A DNA stretch of 64,000 nucleotides from the NCBI GenBank assembly GCA_963675295.2, contig CAXXKJ010000002.1, positions 3,104,001 to 3,168,000 of the forward strand, given 5' to 3'. Shown piece by piece: positions 27,341 to 38,126 of this stretch; position 1 is the first letter of the stretch, and the number at the start of each line of letters is the position of its first letter. Made by a program: the position numbers and the translations under genes. Below the pieces are notes generated by a model. The model was not told the origin of the DNA. It saw only the letters and a program-made list of their open reading frames with translations, and made no database searches. The stretch comes from a bacterium. GTDB lineage: Bacteria; Electryoneota; Electryoneia; Electryoneales; Electryoneaceae.

Positions 27341-30300
27341 CTACCCCATCACCCGCTTCAGTTCCCCCACCCGCGTCTTGTCATACTTCAGCCGGAAGAA
27401 AAGCGAATAGAGGATCGGGACAACTCCCAGCGTGAGCACGGTCGAGAAGATCAGGCCGAACATGATCGCGATCGCCATGCTTTCCCACATCGGCCCGCCG
27501 CCGAGGTACAGCGGAATCATCCCGCCGATGGTCGTCGCGGTGGTCATCAGGATCGGCCGCAGCCGCCGTTGCGACGCCTCGATCACCGCCTGGTGCGGTT
27601 CGACACCATTCTCTTCGATGTCGAGCTTGATCCGGTCGAGCAGCACGATCGCGTTGTTGATCACAATGCCAACGAGCGCGATGATCCCGAGGAAGGTCAT
27701 GAAGCCCATCACGCCATTCATGATGAACAGGCCGACGAACACGCCGATGATCGCAAGCGGAACGGTGATCAGAATGATGATCGGCCGGCGCAGGCTGTTG
27801 AATTGCGCGACGAGCAGCAGGATGATAATCCCCAGCGCCAGTGGCAGTTTCGCCATGATCGCCTGCTGCGATTCCACCGACGATTCCAGCTCACCACCGA
27901 ACTCGTAGTTGTAGCCAATTGGCCAGTTGTTCTTCTGCTCCGCCAGCCATGGCTGCACGGCATTGACAACGTCCATCGCGTAGACACCGTCCGCCGTGTA
28001 GCACGACACGGTCACCGACTTCTGCCGATCGCGGCGGAGGATTTTCGACGGTTCCCAGACAACGCTGAGATCCGCGACCTGCTTCAATGGCACGGTACGG
28101 CCGGTGGATTGCGAAAAGACGTCCAGCGTTTCCAGCTTGCGGAAGTCGTCACGGTCGGCCGCTTCTGCGCGCAGGATCACCGGGATGACGTCTTCGTCCT
28201 CGCGGAATTCGCTGGCGGTGATCCCGGCGAGGCTGGATTGCAGGCTGACTGCAATGTCCATGCTCGACACACCCGCCATGCGTGCGCGTGGCTGGTCAAC
28301 GTCGACCACCAGCTTCTTAACCCGTGGCCCCCAATTGTCGGCGATGTTTTTCGTGCCGGGAATGGCAGCGAGCTGTTCCTTCATTCCGTCGACGATGGTG
28401 AACAGTTCGTCGGCGTCCTCACCGCTGAGCCGGATCTGCACCGGCGCGGTCACCGGCGGCCCGAGGTCGAGCGGGATCACCTTAATGTCGAGGTCGGGGT
28501 AGCGATCCCAGAGGAAGCGTTCCATGCGTGGCATGATCACGTCCGCCGCCGCGCGGCTGGTGGTATTGATCAGGATGCGCGCCAGTTCTTCCTTTTCCGG
28601 CTGCACGTCCGCCGCGAGCGTGAAGCGCGGGCTGCCGCGTCCGATCCAGCTCGACCAGTTGAGGATTCCTTCAGGGTGGTTGTCGTCCACGAGGAAACTG
28701 TCGGCGAGGAAGGTTTCGAGATCGGCGACCATCGCGTCTGTTTCATCAATCATGGTGCCGACGGGGAATTCCATCGTCGCGCGAATGAACGCACGGTCAG
28801 ACGCCGGGAAGAACAAGCCCGGGATCAGCTTGCCGAGCTGCATCGCGCCGACGAACATCAGCACGACCACGCCAATCGACACCCAGCGTTTGTTCAGGAT
28901 GGTGATCAGGAATCCACGGTACCAACTGTAGAAACGGGTGTTGTAGGTGGATGCTTCGTCGCCGCTGGTCTTCTTCACCTTCATCACCAGCACCGCGAGC
29001 ATCGGGATCATCGTCAGCGACAGCACCCAGGACGACAGCAACGCGATGGTGACGACACGGAACAGGTCGGCGGTGTATTCGCCGGTGGAGGATTCCGCCA
29101 GCGCAATCGGCAGGAAGGCGGCGGCGGTTGTCAGCGACGAGGTCAGCAAAGGCACCCGTAACTCTTTTGCGGAATCGACTGCGGCGTCAACCTTTGACTT
29201 GCCTTCCTGCAGCGAGACGAGAATGCTTTCCGACATCACGATGGCGTTATCCACCAGCATCCCGAGTGCGATGATCAACGCGGCGAGGGAGATGGTGTTG
29301 ATTGTAATGCTGAACACGTCCATCAGCACCAGCGACATCAGCATCGTCATCGGGATCAGCGTGGCGACAATCATCCCGGTTCGCAACCCGAGGAAGATCA
29401 GCATCACGACGACAACGATCACGATGGCCTGCAACAGGTTGCTGACGAAATCGTTGACCGAATCCTCGACGACTTGCGGCTGGAAGTAGAGTTCTTCGAA
29501 TTCGATGCCGATGGGATAAATTTGCTGCAGCCGGGCGACGGTTGCGCGCACATCCTCGCCGAGCGTGATGATGTTGCCACCGTCCCGCATCGACACGCCC
29601 AGCCCGAGGCACGATTCGCCGGTCGCACGCATCTTCGATTCGACCGGGTCGACGTATCCTCGTTCGACGGTCGCGATGTCTTCCAGGTACAGCAGCTCCG
29701 GGCTGCCGGGGATCGAGATCACGGTTTTCCGCAACTCATCCACGCTCTCAAAGTTGCCAGTCGGCTCGAGGGCGATTCGTTCCTGGCCGGTGGTGATATT
29801 CCCGCCCGGGAACAGGATGTTCTGCGACTCGAGGATGTTGCTCAGCTGCGACGGGCTGAGGCCCAGCTGCGCGAGCCGGGCGTTATTGTATTCGACGAAG
29901 ATTCGCTCTTCCTGCGCGCCGTAGATCTCGACCTTGGCGACATCCGGCAGGCGTAGGAATTCCTCACGCACCTGATCCGCGACTTCTTTCAACTCGGCGT
30001 AGCTGTAGCCCTCCCCCGTGAGGCCGTAAATGACACCGAACACGTCGCCGAATTCATCATTGACCATCGGGCCGATGACGTTCGACGGCAGTTCTGACCT
30101 GATCGCTTCGACCTTGCGGCGCAGGTTGTCCCAGATCGGCTGCATCACCTTCTCACTCTCCTTGATCTCGACATAAACGAGGGAGAGTCCGGTCTGGGAT
30201 TCGCTGGTGACGAACCGGAGTTCCGGGATTTGCTGCACAGCGGATTCAATCGGGTCGGTGACTAGGCTTTCGACACGTTCCGGGCTCGCGCCGGGCAGCA

Positions 30301-30448
30301 CGGTGGTGACCACGGCGATCCGGATAATGAAGCCCGGGTCTTCCCGTTGCGGCAGGTTGAAAAAGGCCGAGATACCGGCACCGATGATCAACAGCAGTAC
30401 GACCGCGGTGATCCGGTTCTTCTCGATAGCCATTTGGGTGATCGACAT
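27341..30448 (-). CDS. RND efflux permease (AcrB/AcrD/AcrF family)
   Basis: LPGASPERVE, ALGMLVDNAIV, GIVINNAIVLLD, RRLRPILMT. Confidence 0.95.
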   Translation of the reverse strand: MSITQMAIEKNRITAVVLLLIIGAGISAFFNLPQREDPGFIIRIAVVTTVLPGASPERVESLVTDPIESAVQQIPELRFVTSESQTGLSLVYVEIKESEKVMQPIWDNLRRKVEAIRSELPSNVIGPMVNDEFGDVFGVIYGLTGEGYSYAELKEVADQVREEFLRLPDVAKVEIYGAQEERIFVEYNNARLAQLGLSPSQLSNILESQNILFPGGNITTGQERIALEPTGNFESVDELRKTVISIPGSPELLYLEDIATVERGYVDPVESKMRATGESCLGLGVSMRDGGNIITLGEDVRATVARLQQIYPIGIEFEELYFQPQVVEDSVNDFVSNLLQAIVIVVVVMLIFLGLRTGMIVATLIPMTMLMSLVLMDVFSITINTISLAALIIALGMLVDNAIVMSESILVSLQEGKSKVDAAVDSAKELRVPLLTSSLTTAAAFLPIALAESSTGEYTADLFRVVTIALLSSWVLSLTMIPMLAVLVMKVKKTSGDEASTYNTRFYSWYRGFLITILNKRWVSIGVVVLMFVGAMQLGKLIPGLFFPASDRAFIRATMEFPVGTMIDETDAMVADLETFLADSFLVDDNHPEGILNWSSWIGRGSPRFTLAADVQPEKEELARILINTTSRAAADVIMPRMERFLWDRYPDLDIKVIPLDLGPPVTAPVQIRLSGEDADELFTIVDGMKEQLAAIPGTKNIADNWGPRVKKLVVDVDQPRARMAGVSSMDIAVSLQSSLAGITASEFREDEDVIPVILRAEAADRDDFRKLETLDVFSQSTGRTVPLKQVADLSVVWEPSKILRRDRQKSVTVSCYTADGVYAMDVVNAVQPWLAEQKNNWPIGYNYEFGGELESSVESQQAIMAKLPLALGIIILLLVAQFNSLRRPIIILITVPLAIIGVFVGLFIMNGVMGFMTFLGIIALVGIVINNAIVLLDRIKLDIEENGVEPHQAVIEASQRRLRPILMTTATTIGGMIPLYLGGGPMWESMAIAIMFGLIFSTVLTLGVVPILYSLFFRLKYDKTRVGELKRVMG

Positions 30449-30463
30449 GATGCGGCTCCCCGG

Positions 30464-31558
30464 TTACAGCAATTTGACGCGTTGGCCATCGACGATTTTG
30501 CTCACTCCGGCGGTGACGACGAGTTCGCCTTCCAGCACGCCCTCGAGGATCTCCAGCCCTTCCGGCGTCAACTCACCGACTCGGATCGCCCGCCGCCGCG
30601 TGACACCGACCCCCTCCTCTTTGGCGGGTTCGACGACGAAGACGTAGCGACCGGTGTGATCCTCGCCGACAGCGTGCGGCGGCACCACGATGTGTTCGAC
30701 CGTCGCCGCGGTTTCGAAGCGGAAGGACACCTCCGCCGCCATGCCTGGCCGGATATCGTCCTGATCGCGATTCAGCTGCACCGTGACCGGGAACGTGGTC
30801 GCGAAGCCGGTTGAGGAAACGCCGACCTCGGTGACGGTGGCGTCAAATGTCTGGTCGGGCATGGACGGAAAGGTGACCGTCGCCGGGCTGCCCTGCTTGA
30901 CCTGGGTGATCAGCACCTCAGGAACCGACACAGCGACTTCCGGCTTACCGCCGGAAGTCATGTCGACCACTCGCTGTCCGGGGCTGACATTCTCATTCAC
31001 GTCCACGAACACCGCGGCGATGTTGCCGTCACTCTGGGCGATCAATCGGGTGTACTGTACCTGCAGTTCGGCCAACTCCAGGCGTTGCTCGATGGACCGC
31101 ACCTGTGCCTGCGCGGACTCGTACCCGGCCTGGGCCTGATCCAGTTGCGACTTGGACGCGTTGTTGTTCTCATACAGCGCCATCGTGCGTTCGTAGCTGG
31201 CGTTCGCATTGCGCAATTGGGCCTGCGCCTGGGACAACGCCGCCCGCGCCTCTTCCGCCTGCAGGTTGTAATCGTTGGGATCGAGAGTGGCAATAACCTG
31301 CCCGCGCCGGACTTTGTCGCCGACGTTGACATTCACCCGCTGTACCGTACCTGCCACCTTGAAGCTGAGCGTCGACTCGACACCCGGCTGGGCGATGCCG
31401 GAGAAGGTGCGCACCCGGCTGCCGCCGGTGAGCAGGGCTTTCTCATAGCGCACAGGTCGCAGCGGCGCTTCGGTTACCGCCTCTTCCTTGCCGCAGGAAA
31501 CCAGCAGCAGGGCGGCACACGCTGCGAAGATCAGGTTTCGAGTGAGTGATCGGGGCAT
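30464..31558 (-). CDS. RND membrane-fusion (periplasmic adaptor) lipoprotein
   Basis: LVSC lipobox, LSFKVAGTV..VGDKV, coiled-coil hairpin, IRPGMAAEV. Confidence 0.93.
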   Translation of the reverse strand: MPRSLTRNLIFAACAALLLVSCGKEEAVTEAPLRPVRYEKALLTGGSRVRTFSGIAQPGVESTLSFKVAGTVQRVNVNVGDKVRRGQVIATLDPNDYNLQAEEARAALSQAQAQLRNANASYERTMALYENNNASKSQLDQAQAGYESAQAQVRSIEQRLELAELQVQYTRLIAQSDGNIAAVFVDVNENVSPGQRVVDMTSGGKPEVAVSVPEVLITQVKQGSPATVTFPSMPDQTFDATVTEVGVSSTGFATTFPVTVQLNRDQDDIRPGMAAEVSFRFETAATVEHIVVPPHAVGEDHTGRYVFVVEPAKEEGVGVTRRRAIRVGELTPEGLEILEGVLEGELVVTAGVSKIVDGQRVKLL

Positions 31559-31640
31559 GCCACACCTCTTTTGTCTATGCCTTCGTGCCCTCGGAGAGAG
31601 CGGCTGTTTTTCAATGAATTGTGCTTGATTGCTGCTTGAC

Positions 31641-34079
31641 TCAGTCGCTTCCGACCGGTGTGCCGGATTCGTTGAAGTAGTCGAGCAGTTGCCGCACGAT
31701 CGTGTCCCGTTCGTCCATATCGGTCAGGTAGATGATCGTGCCGAAACTGTTCTGCGCGTCGAAGTAGTCGATCAGGAACGTGTAGACCGCGTCCGCTGCG
31801 GCGAGATCCGCCGACCGGGACGCATTCTGCGCGTCGAGCAGGTCGATAATGGATACAGCACCTTGGGCGTATGCATCCTGCACCACATCGAGGCTCTTGT
31901 GCGCAGCTTCGGCGGCGTCCCGGGCGAGTTCGATGCTCGCGTACGACGCCCCCGACCGGTGCAGCGCGGTACGGATCTGCTGCTCAATCCCTTCCGCCAA
32001 CGCGCCACGTTGGTCACGTAGTTGCTCGAGTTCGAGTTTGGCCTTCGCGCGGTCGTGGATGCGTGACCCACCGTGGAACAGCGGCAGCGAGGCGTTGATC
32101 CCAATCGACCAGTTGGTGTCATCTTGCGTCGGGATCTCCGCGTTCGCGAAGGATTGCGCCACATCCGGCGGCAGGCTGGAGAACAGCGACGACATGTCGG
32201 AGGTGCCGGTGCGTTCGAGCAGCTGCTCGACCTCGGCCTGGACCGCAATGGTTGGCGCGATGAACTGCCAGTTTTTCGATGTCAGCAAACGTTCCTGCGC
32301 GTCAATGGTCGCGTCGATCTGCTGGATCATCGGGTTGTTCTCAACACCGAACTCGGCAAAGAAATTGCGCATCACGCGGAAATTCCACGGGTTCGACATC
32401 AACCACTGAATGGTCGGGTCGGCAAGGCCGAGATCGTCGTCAAGCAGGCTGACATCATCAAGCATGAATTGTTCTTCTATCGGCCGGTTGAGCATCCGGT
32501 TGAGCTGCATTTCGGCGAGGTTACGCTGCATGTTGGCGTTGATCACCGCCTTCTTGTCGTTGGCAATCTGCGCCTGCCAGCGGTAGAGTTCGGACGGCCC
32601 GGCGACACCGACCGTCTGCCGCACCTCCGCCAGCTCGAGGTTGGCGCGAGTGACGTCGAGGTTGGTGCGTTGCACGGATTCGTACGCATTCGCGCGCAGC
32701 ACGTTGAGATACGCGACCGCGGCGTCATGGGCGATCTCATTGCTCAAGGACCGCAGCTCGTCCAGCCGTGACCGTTGCAAGCTTTTCTGAATGCTAAGGT
32801 TCGCCCAGGCCTGTTCGGAGAAGATGACCTGCGTCAGGGACAGCACGCCGGAATAGGTTCCCTCCGCCTGCATCCCGAAGCTCGCCTCGGCACGGTCGGA
32901 ATCGATGTACACCGCGCGCGCGGCGGCATCCAGTTGCGGCAGCAGGTTCGCCCATGCGTTCCCGACGTTCGTCTCCCCCGCCTCGACGGCTTTCCGTTTC
33001 GCTTCCAGCTCGAGGTTGACCTGCACCGCCTGACGGACAACGTCGGCGAGCGACCACTCGACGGCGACCTCTTCCCGTGACGCGTTGATCAGCTCGGCTT
33101 CGGTCAGCATCGCCCAGTCGGGGTAAACATCGATCGCGCGAGCGGTCGCCATGTTGATGATCAGCGTACGGTCGTTGGTAACCGCAACCGGCAGTTCGGA
33201 CGCCGGCGTGCCGGAGAGAATCCGCTGCATGTTGATCGCGGTACGACGTGCGCGGCGGAAGAAGAATTCATCCGGCATCAGGGTAGACAAAGCACCGTGT
33301 TCGACGTCGAACCGGCCCATCATCGAGTGCAGCGGGATCTTACGCTCGATCAGATCGTCGATCAGCGCCTGGTATTCACCGAGCGGCATGTCACCGGGCA
33401 ACGACACCAGCGCAGCGTCTGCACCGGCGGGCAGCTTCGCCATCGTTTCCGCCGCCGTGGCTGCCAGCGGGATCAACGTGACCTCGGCGTTGTATTGCTC
33501 GCGGATCTCATCCATCGCCAGCGACAGACGCGGCAAATCCTCGATGAAACTGGGGCCGATCAGGATCGCCAGGTGATGGAACGGCACAATCTCGTGGAAA
33601 ATCTCGATGTCGTGCCCCAGCCAGCCGAACGTCGAGAGGAAGTTAAAGTTCTCGATGCCGGATTTGCCGGTCGCTTCCGGGTCCAGCCCGATCAACGCCG
33701 GATCGATCACGAACGGTGCGATTACCGGATACGGCAAGGGTGACTTGCTGGCGACCAGCGATCCCGCCTTCACCCCCATCGCGATGAGAAAGTCAACGTC
33801 CTGAGCGGCGAGCAGGGTGTCCAGCGACTGCATGATGCCGGTGACGGTCCAGTCCGCTTCCCGGAGGTAACGTTCGGGGAATTGGACGACGTACTCATCG
33901 TCCAGCAAGGCGTGAATCTCATGCTCGAACAGGCTCTGTATCTCGTCGTTGCGAAACCACGGACCGTCCGCTAGGGTGGCGACGGTCAACGTGTCTTTCT
34001 GTGCTACAGCAGGGATCGCTGTGAACGAACAGAGCAGGAAAGCAGCGAGTACGATCAGGGTTGGAGCTTGGCGAATCAT
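31641..34079 (-). CDS. TolC-family outer-membrane efflux protein with N-terminal ABC substrate-binding-like domain
   Basis: C-terminal OEP repeats (LLPQL, AYLNVLRA, YAQGAVSIIDLLDAQ); ~330-aa N-terminal region ending LIINMATARAI. Confidence 0.85.
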   Translation of the reverse strand: MIRQAPTLIVLAAFLLCSFTAIPAVAQKDTLTVATLADGPWFRNDEIQSLFEHEIHALLDDEYVVQFPERYLREADWTVTGIMQSLDTLLAAQDVDFLIAMGVKAGSLVASKSPLPYPVIAPFVIDPALIGLDPEATGKSGIENFNFLSTFGWLGHDIEIFHEIVPFHHLAILIGPSFIEDLPRLSLAMDEIREQYNAEVTLIPLAATAAETMAKLPAGADAALVSLPGDMPLGEYQALIDDLIERKIPLHSMMGRFDVEHGALSTLMPDEFFFRRARRTAINMQRILSGTPASELPVAVTNDRTLIINMATARAIDVYPDWAMLTEAELINASREEVAVEWSLADVVRQAVQVNLELEAKRKAVEAGETNVGNAWANLLPQLDAAARAVYIDSDRAEASFGMQAEGTYSGVLSLTQVIFSEQAWANLSIQKSLQRSRLDELRSLSNEIAHDAAVAYLNVLRANAYESVQRTNLDVTRANLELAEVRQTVGVAGPSELYRWQAQIANDKKAVINANMQRNLAEMQLNRMLNRPIEEQFMLDDVSLLDDDLGLADPTIQWLMSNPWNFRVMRNFFAEFGVENNPMIQQIDATIDAQERLLTSKNWQFIAPTIAVQAEVEQLLERTGTSDMSSLFSSLPPDVAQSFANAEIPTQDDTNWSIGINASLPLFHGGSRIHDRAKAKLELEQLRDQRGALAEGIEQQIRTALHRSGASYASIELARDAAEAAHKSLDVVQDAYAQGAVSIIDLLDAQNASRSADLAAADAVYTFLIDYFDAQNSFGTIIYLTDMDERDTIVRQLLDYFNESGTPVGSD

Positions 34080-34507
34080 GCGTTTATCCCCTAACAACGC
34101 GTCGTCTTGGTGCGATCGCGGATGCCGGAGTTGTCCATCGTCTGACAGGCACCGCGCGCTTGGCTGAGAGCTCAACTTCTTTCCAGCGAAGGATCACGTA
34201 CGTGACCTCACGGACAAATGATGAGCAGGGTCAACTGGTGGACAACGTTAGCCGTTGGGGTATCGCATCCCTCGCCTTGGGGGTGGGTGTCGTGTTTCCT
34301 CCCTTGGATTGCAAATGTTTTTCACAAGGTCCGGGTTTGCAAGTGGAAATCAGAAAAACCTGGCAATGTGAGTACCGGAATCGGCTCTCACGGAATCGCA
34401 GGGTGGGTGTGCTCCGGAATTCCGCAAACTGAAGCCTGAGGGCGTGGTTAGGGCTCAAAGGAATGGTCACCGGGACAGCACAAACCGGGCATCGGAACAA
34501 AAGATAA

Positions 34508-34537
34508 CGGGGACACTTACAGGCGTAAGTGTCCCCG
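34508..34537. repeat. REP-like palindrome, copy 2
   Basis: CGGGGACACTTAC-AGGC-GTAAGTGTCCCCG. Confidence 0.85.
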
Positions 34538-34546
34538 ATTGGTTTG

Positions 34547-34616
34547 TCTCACATCTCACATCTCGAGTCTCAAGCCTCAAGTCTTGAATCTCAGGACTCA
34601 AGACTCAGGACTCAGG
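34547..34616. repeat. Degenerate heptamer tandem array x10 (TCTCAAG/ACTCAGG-like)
   Basis: 7-bp periodicity read directly. Confidence 0.8.
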
Positions 34617-34624
34617 ACTGTCGG

Positions 34625-37600
34625 TTACTTCATCAACGTCACCTTTCGGATCTGGTTCAACTGACCCGGGACGGTCGCGCGGATGAAGTACAGGCCACTG
34701 GACAGGTTCGACGCGTCGAAGCTGTAGGTGTGGCTGCCGGCCGTGGCGACACCGCTTGCGAGGGTCGCGACCTGCTGGCCGGAGATGTTGTACACGGTGA
34801 CGGTCAGGTCCGCGTTCTGCGGCAGGTTGACGGTCAGCGAGGTGCTCGGGTTGAACGGGTTCGGGTAGGCTTCGCCCACGCTGAACTCGGTCGGGATTTC
34901 GGTCGCGGATGCAACCATCGATTCATCCGGCCACGGGGTGCTGCTCACGGTCCAGTCATCCAGGTCCATCGTGCCGGTGCTCGGCGTGCCGGACTTGGTG
35001 AAGGTGAACGAATCGCTGACGATATCGTTCGGCATGTAGCCAACGTAGCTGTGGTGGGTGTAGGTACCCGCCGGAGCGTAACCCGGGATCGACTGGCCGA
35101 ACATGGCGACGTTGATCACCTGGTTCGGGTTGAGGTTGAAGACGCGGGTGTACATCGGGCCATAGTCATTACCGTTCGGCAGCGTCGCCATGGTCCAGTA
35201 GGTCAAACCGGAATAGGTGCTGGCCGTGTTGTTGGTCAGGTTGGCACCATACGTTACCGTACCACCGTTCGGACCGACCGTGGTGTTGATCGGGGTGATG
35301 GTCAACGACATCGACGCCGCTTCCACCGCGTAGACTGTCACATCATCCACGCCCCAGTACCAACCCCAGCTGCCGTTATCGTTGTAGTACCAGCTGAAAC
35401 GGACGTTCGGCTGACCGGTCAGCGCTGGCAGGTTGTGGGTAACGGTTTCCGGGCCGATGTCCGGATCGGAATAGTTGACGATCGTCTGCCAGCCACCGTT
35501 GTTGATCGAGTACATCACGTAGCCGTCCTCGTTCTCGTACTCGTCGAACACGTGCGAGTACTCAAGCGCGACATCAGTACGATCGCTGAGGTCGAGGTAC
35601 GGCGTCACCAGACGTTCCTGCAGATGCGGACCGTCACCGACGACGTCGGAGTCGACGAGCATGTACGGAGTCGGGAACAGGTCACGTTCACCGCCGAAGT
35701 CGACATGCCACGTGCCGGACGCGACAGTCGTTTCAACCGACCAGTCGCCGGGCAGGCCACCGTCGAAGTCTTCGACGAGGACGTACGCGGATTCGTCAAT
35801 GTAGCTGACATACACCGACGGAGTCGGCGCGGACTGGCCATCGCTGTAGATCGCGACAACGTAGTACTCGTAGTTGCCGTAGGACGGCAGGTTATCAACG
35901 TAGGACTCGTTCGTCGGGCTGGCAATCAGGTTGCCGTTGCGGTACACCGCGTAGTTGAGGAACTCGTCGATTTCGTTGCCGCCGTTGTCGTTCTGGCTGG
36001 CGAGGAACTCGTCGAAGGTGCCGTTGGCGGTCATCTGCTGGCCGACACGGACCTGATGACGCCACTGCGCGGCGAGGTCATCCTTGTTGCCGGTCATGTC
36101 ATCAGCGCCGAGGAAATCGCTGCCACCGTTGCCAATGCTGTTCGCGGCTGCCGGAGCATCCCACGTCAGCGAGACCGCGCCGGTGTTGCCGTTCAGATCA
36201 GCCGCGAGGTTGGTCGGAGCCGGCCACGAAGCGCCACCGTACGCAGCGTTCAACGACGCGTAGGCGTTGATCCGGCCGGAACCGAGACGGCCCTGGTAGC
36301 TCGGGTTGACGCCGTCAATGTCGTCGGCGTAATCGAGGATCAGGGCTTCCAGCTCATCATCGGTCAGAGCCGGGTTGTAGTTGAGCAACAGGCCGGCGAC
36401 GGCGGCGGCGTTCGGGGACGCCATCGACGTACCGTCCCATGCGACGTAGTCGTACGGGTGCCAGCTGTTGTTCGACATGGTGGACCAGATATCCACGCCC
36501 GGGGCGGAGACGGCAACCCAGGTGCCGTACGTCGAGAACGACGCCTTGTGGTCGTTCTGATCGGTCGCGGCAACGGCGAGCACGGCATCGTACCCGGCCG
36601 GGTAGTTCATGTTCTGGTTGTTGTTGTTACCGGCGGATGCGAAGACGAGCACGTTGTTCGCGCGTGCGTAATTGACCGCAGCTTCGTACGCGGCGTTGGT
36701 GCTGCTGCCACCGAAGGAAATGCTGATCACACGGGCGCCGTTGTTGACGGCGTAGTTGACACCTTCCGCAAAGTCATCGGAATAGCCGGAACCGTACAGC
36801 GAGCCGAAGTATTCCCACGCGTACCCGGCACGAACCGGCATCGCCTTGACGTTCCAGGACGCAGCGGCAACACCCGTGCTGTTGTTGGTCACGCCGGCAG
36901 CCGAACCCATCACGTGCGTTCCGTGACCGTGGATGTCCGGATAGACCATGTTGTCACGCGGCGCGTAATCTTCCTGCGGAATCGAGCCGCTGGACGGGTT
37001 GTGCGAGACAAAGTCCCAGCCGACGAGGTCATCGATGAAGCCGTTGCCGTCATCGTCGACATTGTTGTTGTCGGACGGATCCCAGACACCGTTGTTGTTC
37101 AGGTCTTCACCCGGGTTGACGCGAATGTTTGCCGCGAGGTCCGGATGGTCAATGGTGCAGCCGGTATCGATCGTGGTGACGATCACTTCCGAATCACCAT
37201 GATGCAGATCCCACGCCTGCGGAACCTGCATCTTGGTCAGGCCCCACATGTTGTAGATGTTGTAGTCGTTCGAGGTGACGTGGGCGACGTCCGGATACAC
37301 CAACTCCGCCGCGATCACATCCTGCTCGAAGCTGAGGCCGTCGTACGCCGCGACGGCGTCGAAGTTGGCCGCATCGAGACGGAAGAACCTGTGCATGCCG
37401 AACGAATAGAAGCTGTCCAGCTTGTCCTGATCCTTTGGCAGGTGGAAGACCGGCGTCAGGGTCGGGTTGTCGAGATTCAGGTCCGCGACGGCTTCCGGAA
37501 TGGCGCGCATGTCACGAGCCATTTCGGCGGTCTCATCCTCGAGGGTGAGGATCAGGTGCGGAACCTCTGCGACCGCCAGCCCCACGCTGACGATGGCAAA

Positions 37601-37630
37601 AACAAACATCGCTAACAGGAAATGCTTCAT
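34625..37630 (-). CDS. Secreted S8 (subtilisin-like) serine peptidase with FN3-like/adhesin modules and PNPFN sorting domain
   Basis: IDTG, HGTHVMG and GTSMASP triad; DDDGNGFIDD Ca loop; YPNPFN..SSGLYFIR..KVTLMK. Confidence 0.95.
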   Translation of the reverse strand: MKHFLLAMFVFAIVSVGLAVAEVPHLILTLEDETAEMARDMRAIPEAVADLNLDNPTLTPVFHLPKDQDKLDSFYSFGMHRFFRLDAANFDAVAAYDGLSFEQDVIAAELVYPDVAHVTSNDYNIYNMWGLTKMQVPQAWDLHHGDSEVIVTTIDTGCTIDHPDLAANIRVNPGEDLNNNGVWDPSDNNNVDDDGNGFIDDLVGWDFVSHNPSSGSIPQEDYAPRDNMVYPDIHGHGTHVMGSAAGVTNNSTGVAAASWNVKAMPVRAGYAWEYFGSLYGSGYSDDFAEGVNYAVNNGARVISISFGGSSTNAAYEAAVNYARANNVLVFASAGNNNNQNMNYPAGYDAVLAVAATDQNDHKASFSTYGTWVAVSAPGVDIWSTMSNNSWHPYDYVAWDGTSMASPNAAAVAGLLLNYNPALTDDELEALILDYADDIDGVNPSYQGRLGSGRINAYASLNAAYGGASWPAPTNLAADLNGNTGAVSLTWDAPAAANSIGNGGSDFLGADDMTGNKDDLAAQWRHQVRVGQQMTANGTFDEFLASQNDNGGNEIDEFLNYAVYRNGNLIASPTNESYVDNLPSYGNYEYYVVAIYSDGQSAPTPSVYVSYIDESAYVLVEDFDGGLPGDWSVETTVASGTWHVDFGGERDLFPTPYMLVDSDVVGDGPHLQERLVTPYLDLSDRTDVALEYSHVFDEYENEDGYVMYSINNGGWQTIVNYSDPDIGPETVTHNLPALTGQPNVRFSWYYNDNGSWGWYWGVDDVTVYAVEAASMSLTITPINTTVGPNGGTVTYGANLTNNTASTYSGLTYWTMATLPNGNDYGPMYTRVFNLNPNQVINVAMFGQSIPGYAPAGTYTHHSYVGYMPNDIVSDSFTFTKSGTPSTGTMDLDDWTVSSTPWPDESMVASATEIPTEFSVGEAYPNPFNPSTSLTVNLPQNADLTVTVYNISGQQVATLASGVATAGSHTYSFDASNLSSGLYFIRATVPGQLNQIRKVTLMK

Positions 37631-38126
37631 GTTGACTACTCCCCATGTTCCGTTGCTGCGGCGGGTGGCCGCCTTATCTGGAAATGATCAAATCCAGCAG
37701 GAGATAAAAGATAGGTTATCCGAACATCGTTCAGGGGTACGATATCGCAAAAACCTCGGACCGTGAGATCCCCCCTTGAGTTTCGTGAATGACACAGACC
37801 GGTTGAAGTGCAACAGGTTACGGAATCTGTCCTGCACTCAGCGTGCTCGGCGTCACTCGCGTCATCTGGGGGGTGGACAGTGTAAGTATCATCAGCACGA
37901 GTAACAAATATAAGAAATATATCGATAAAACGAAAGGGATCGTGACTCCGTATTGCCAGAATGACTCTGTTTGACTCGTGTGGTCCGGCATGGTGCCGTT
38001 GCCAAGTTGAATGTCACGGGATGACGGGTGCCCGATGCCCGCGGGAGCTGTGCTACTGCGGCTACTCCTCCATCAGAACTTGCCCGTGTTGCAGAAGATG
38101 GCAACGCGGGTCGTGGGGCAGCGAAA

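Noticed and set aside
34529-37615. 1028-aa plus-strand ORF
   Set aside because: Antisense shadow of the S8 peptidase, typical of GC-rich codon bias; no motifs, and it starts inside a repeat.
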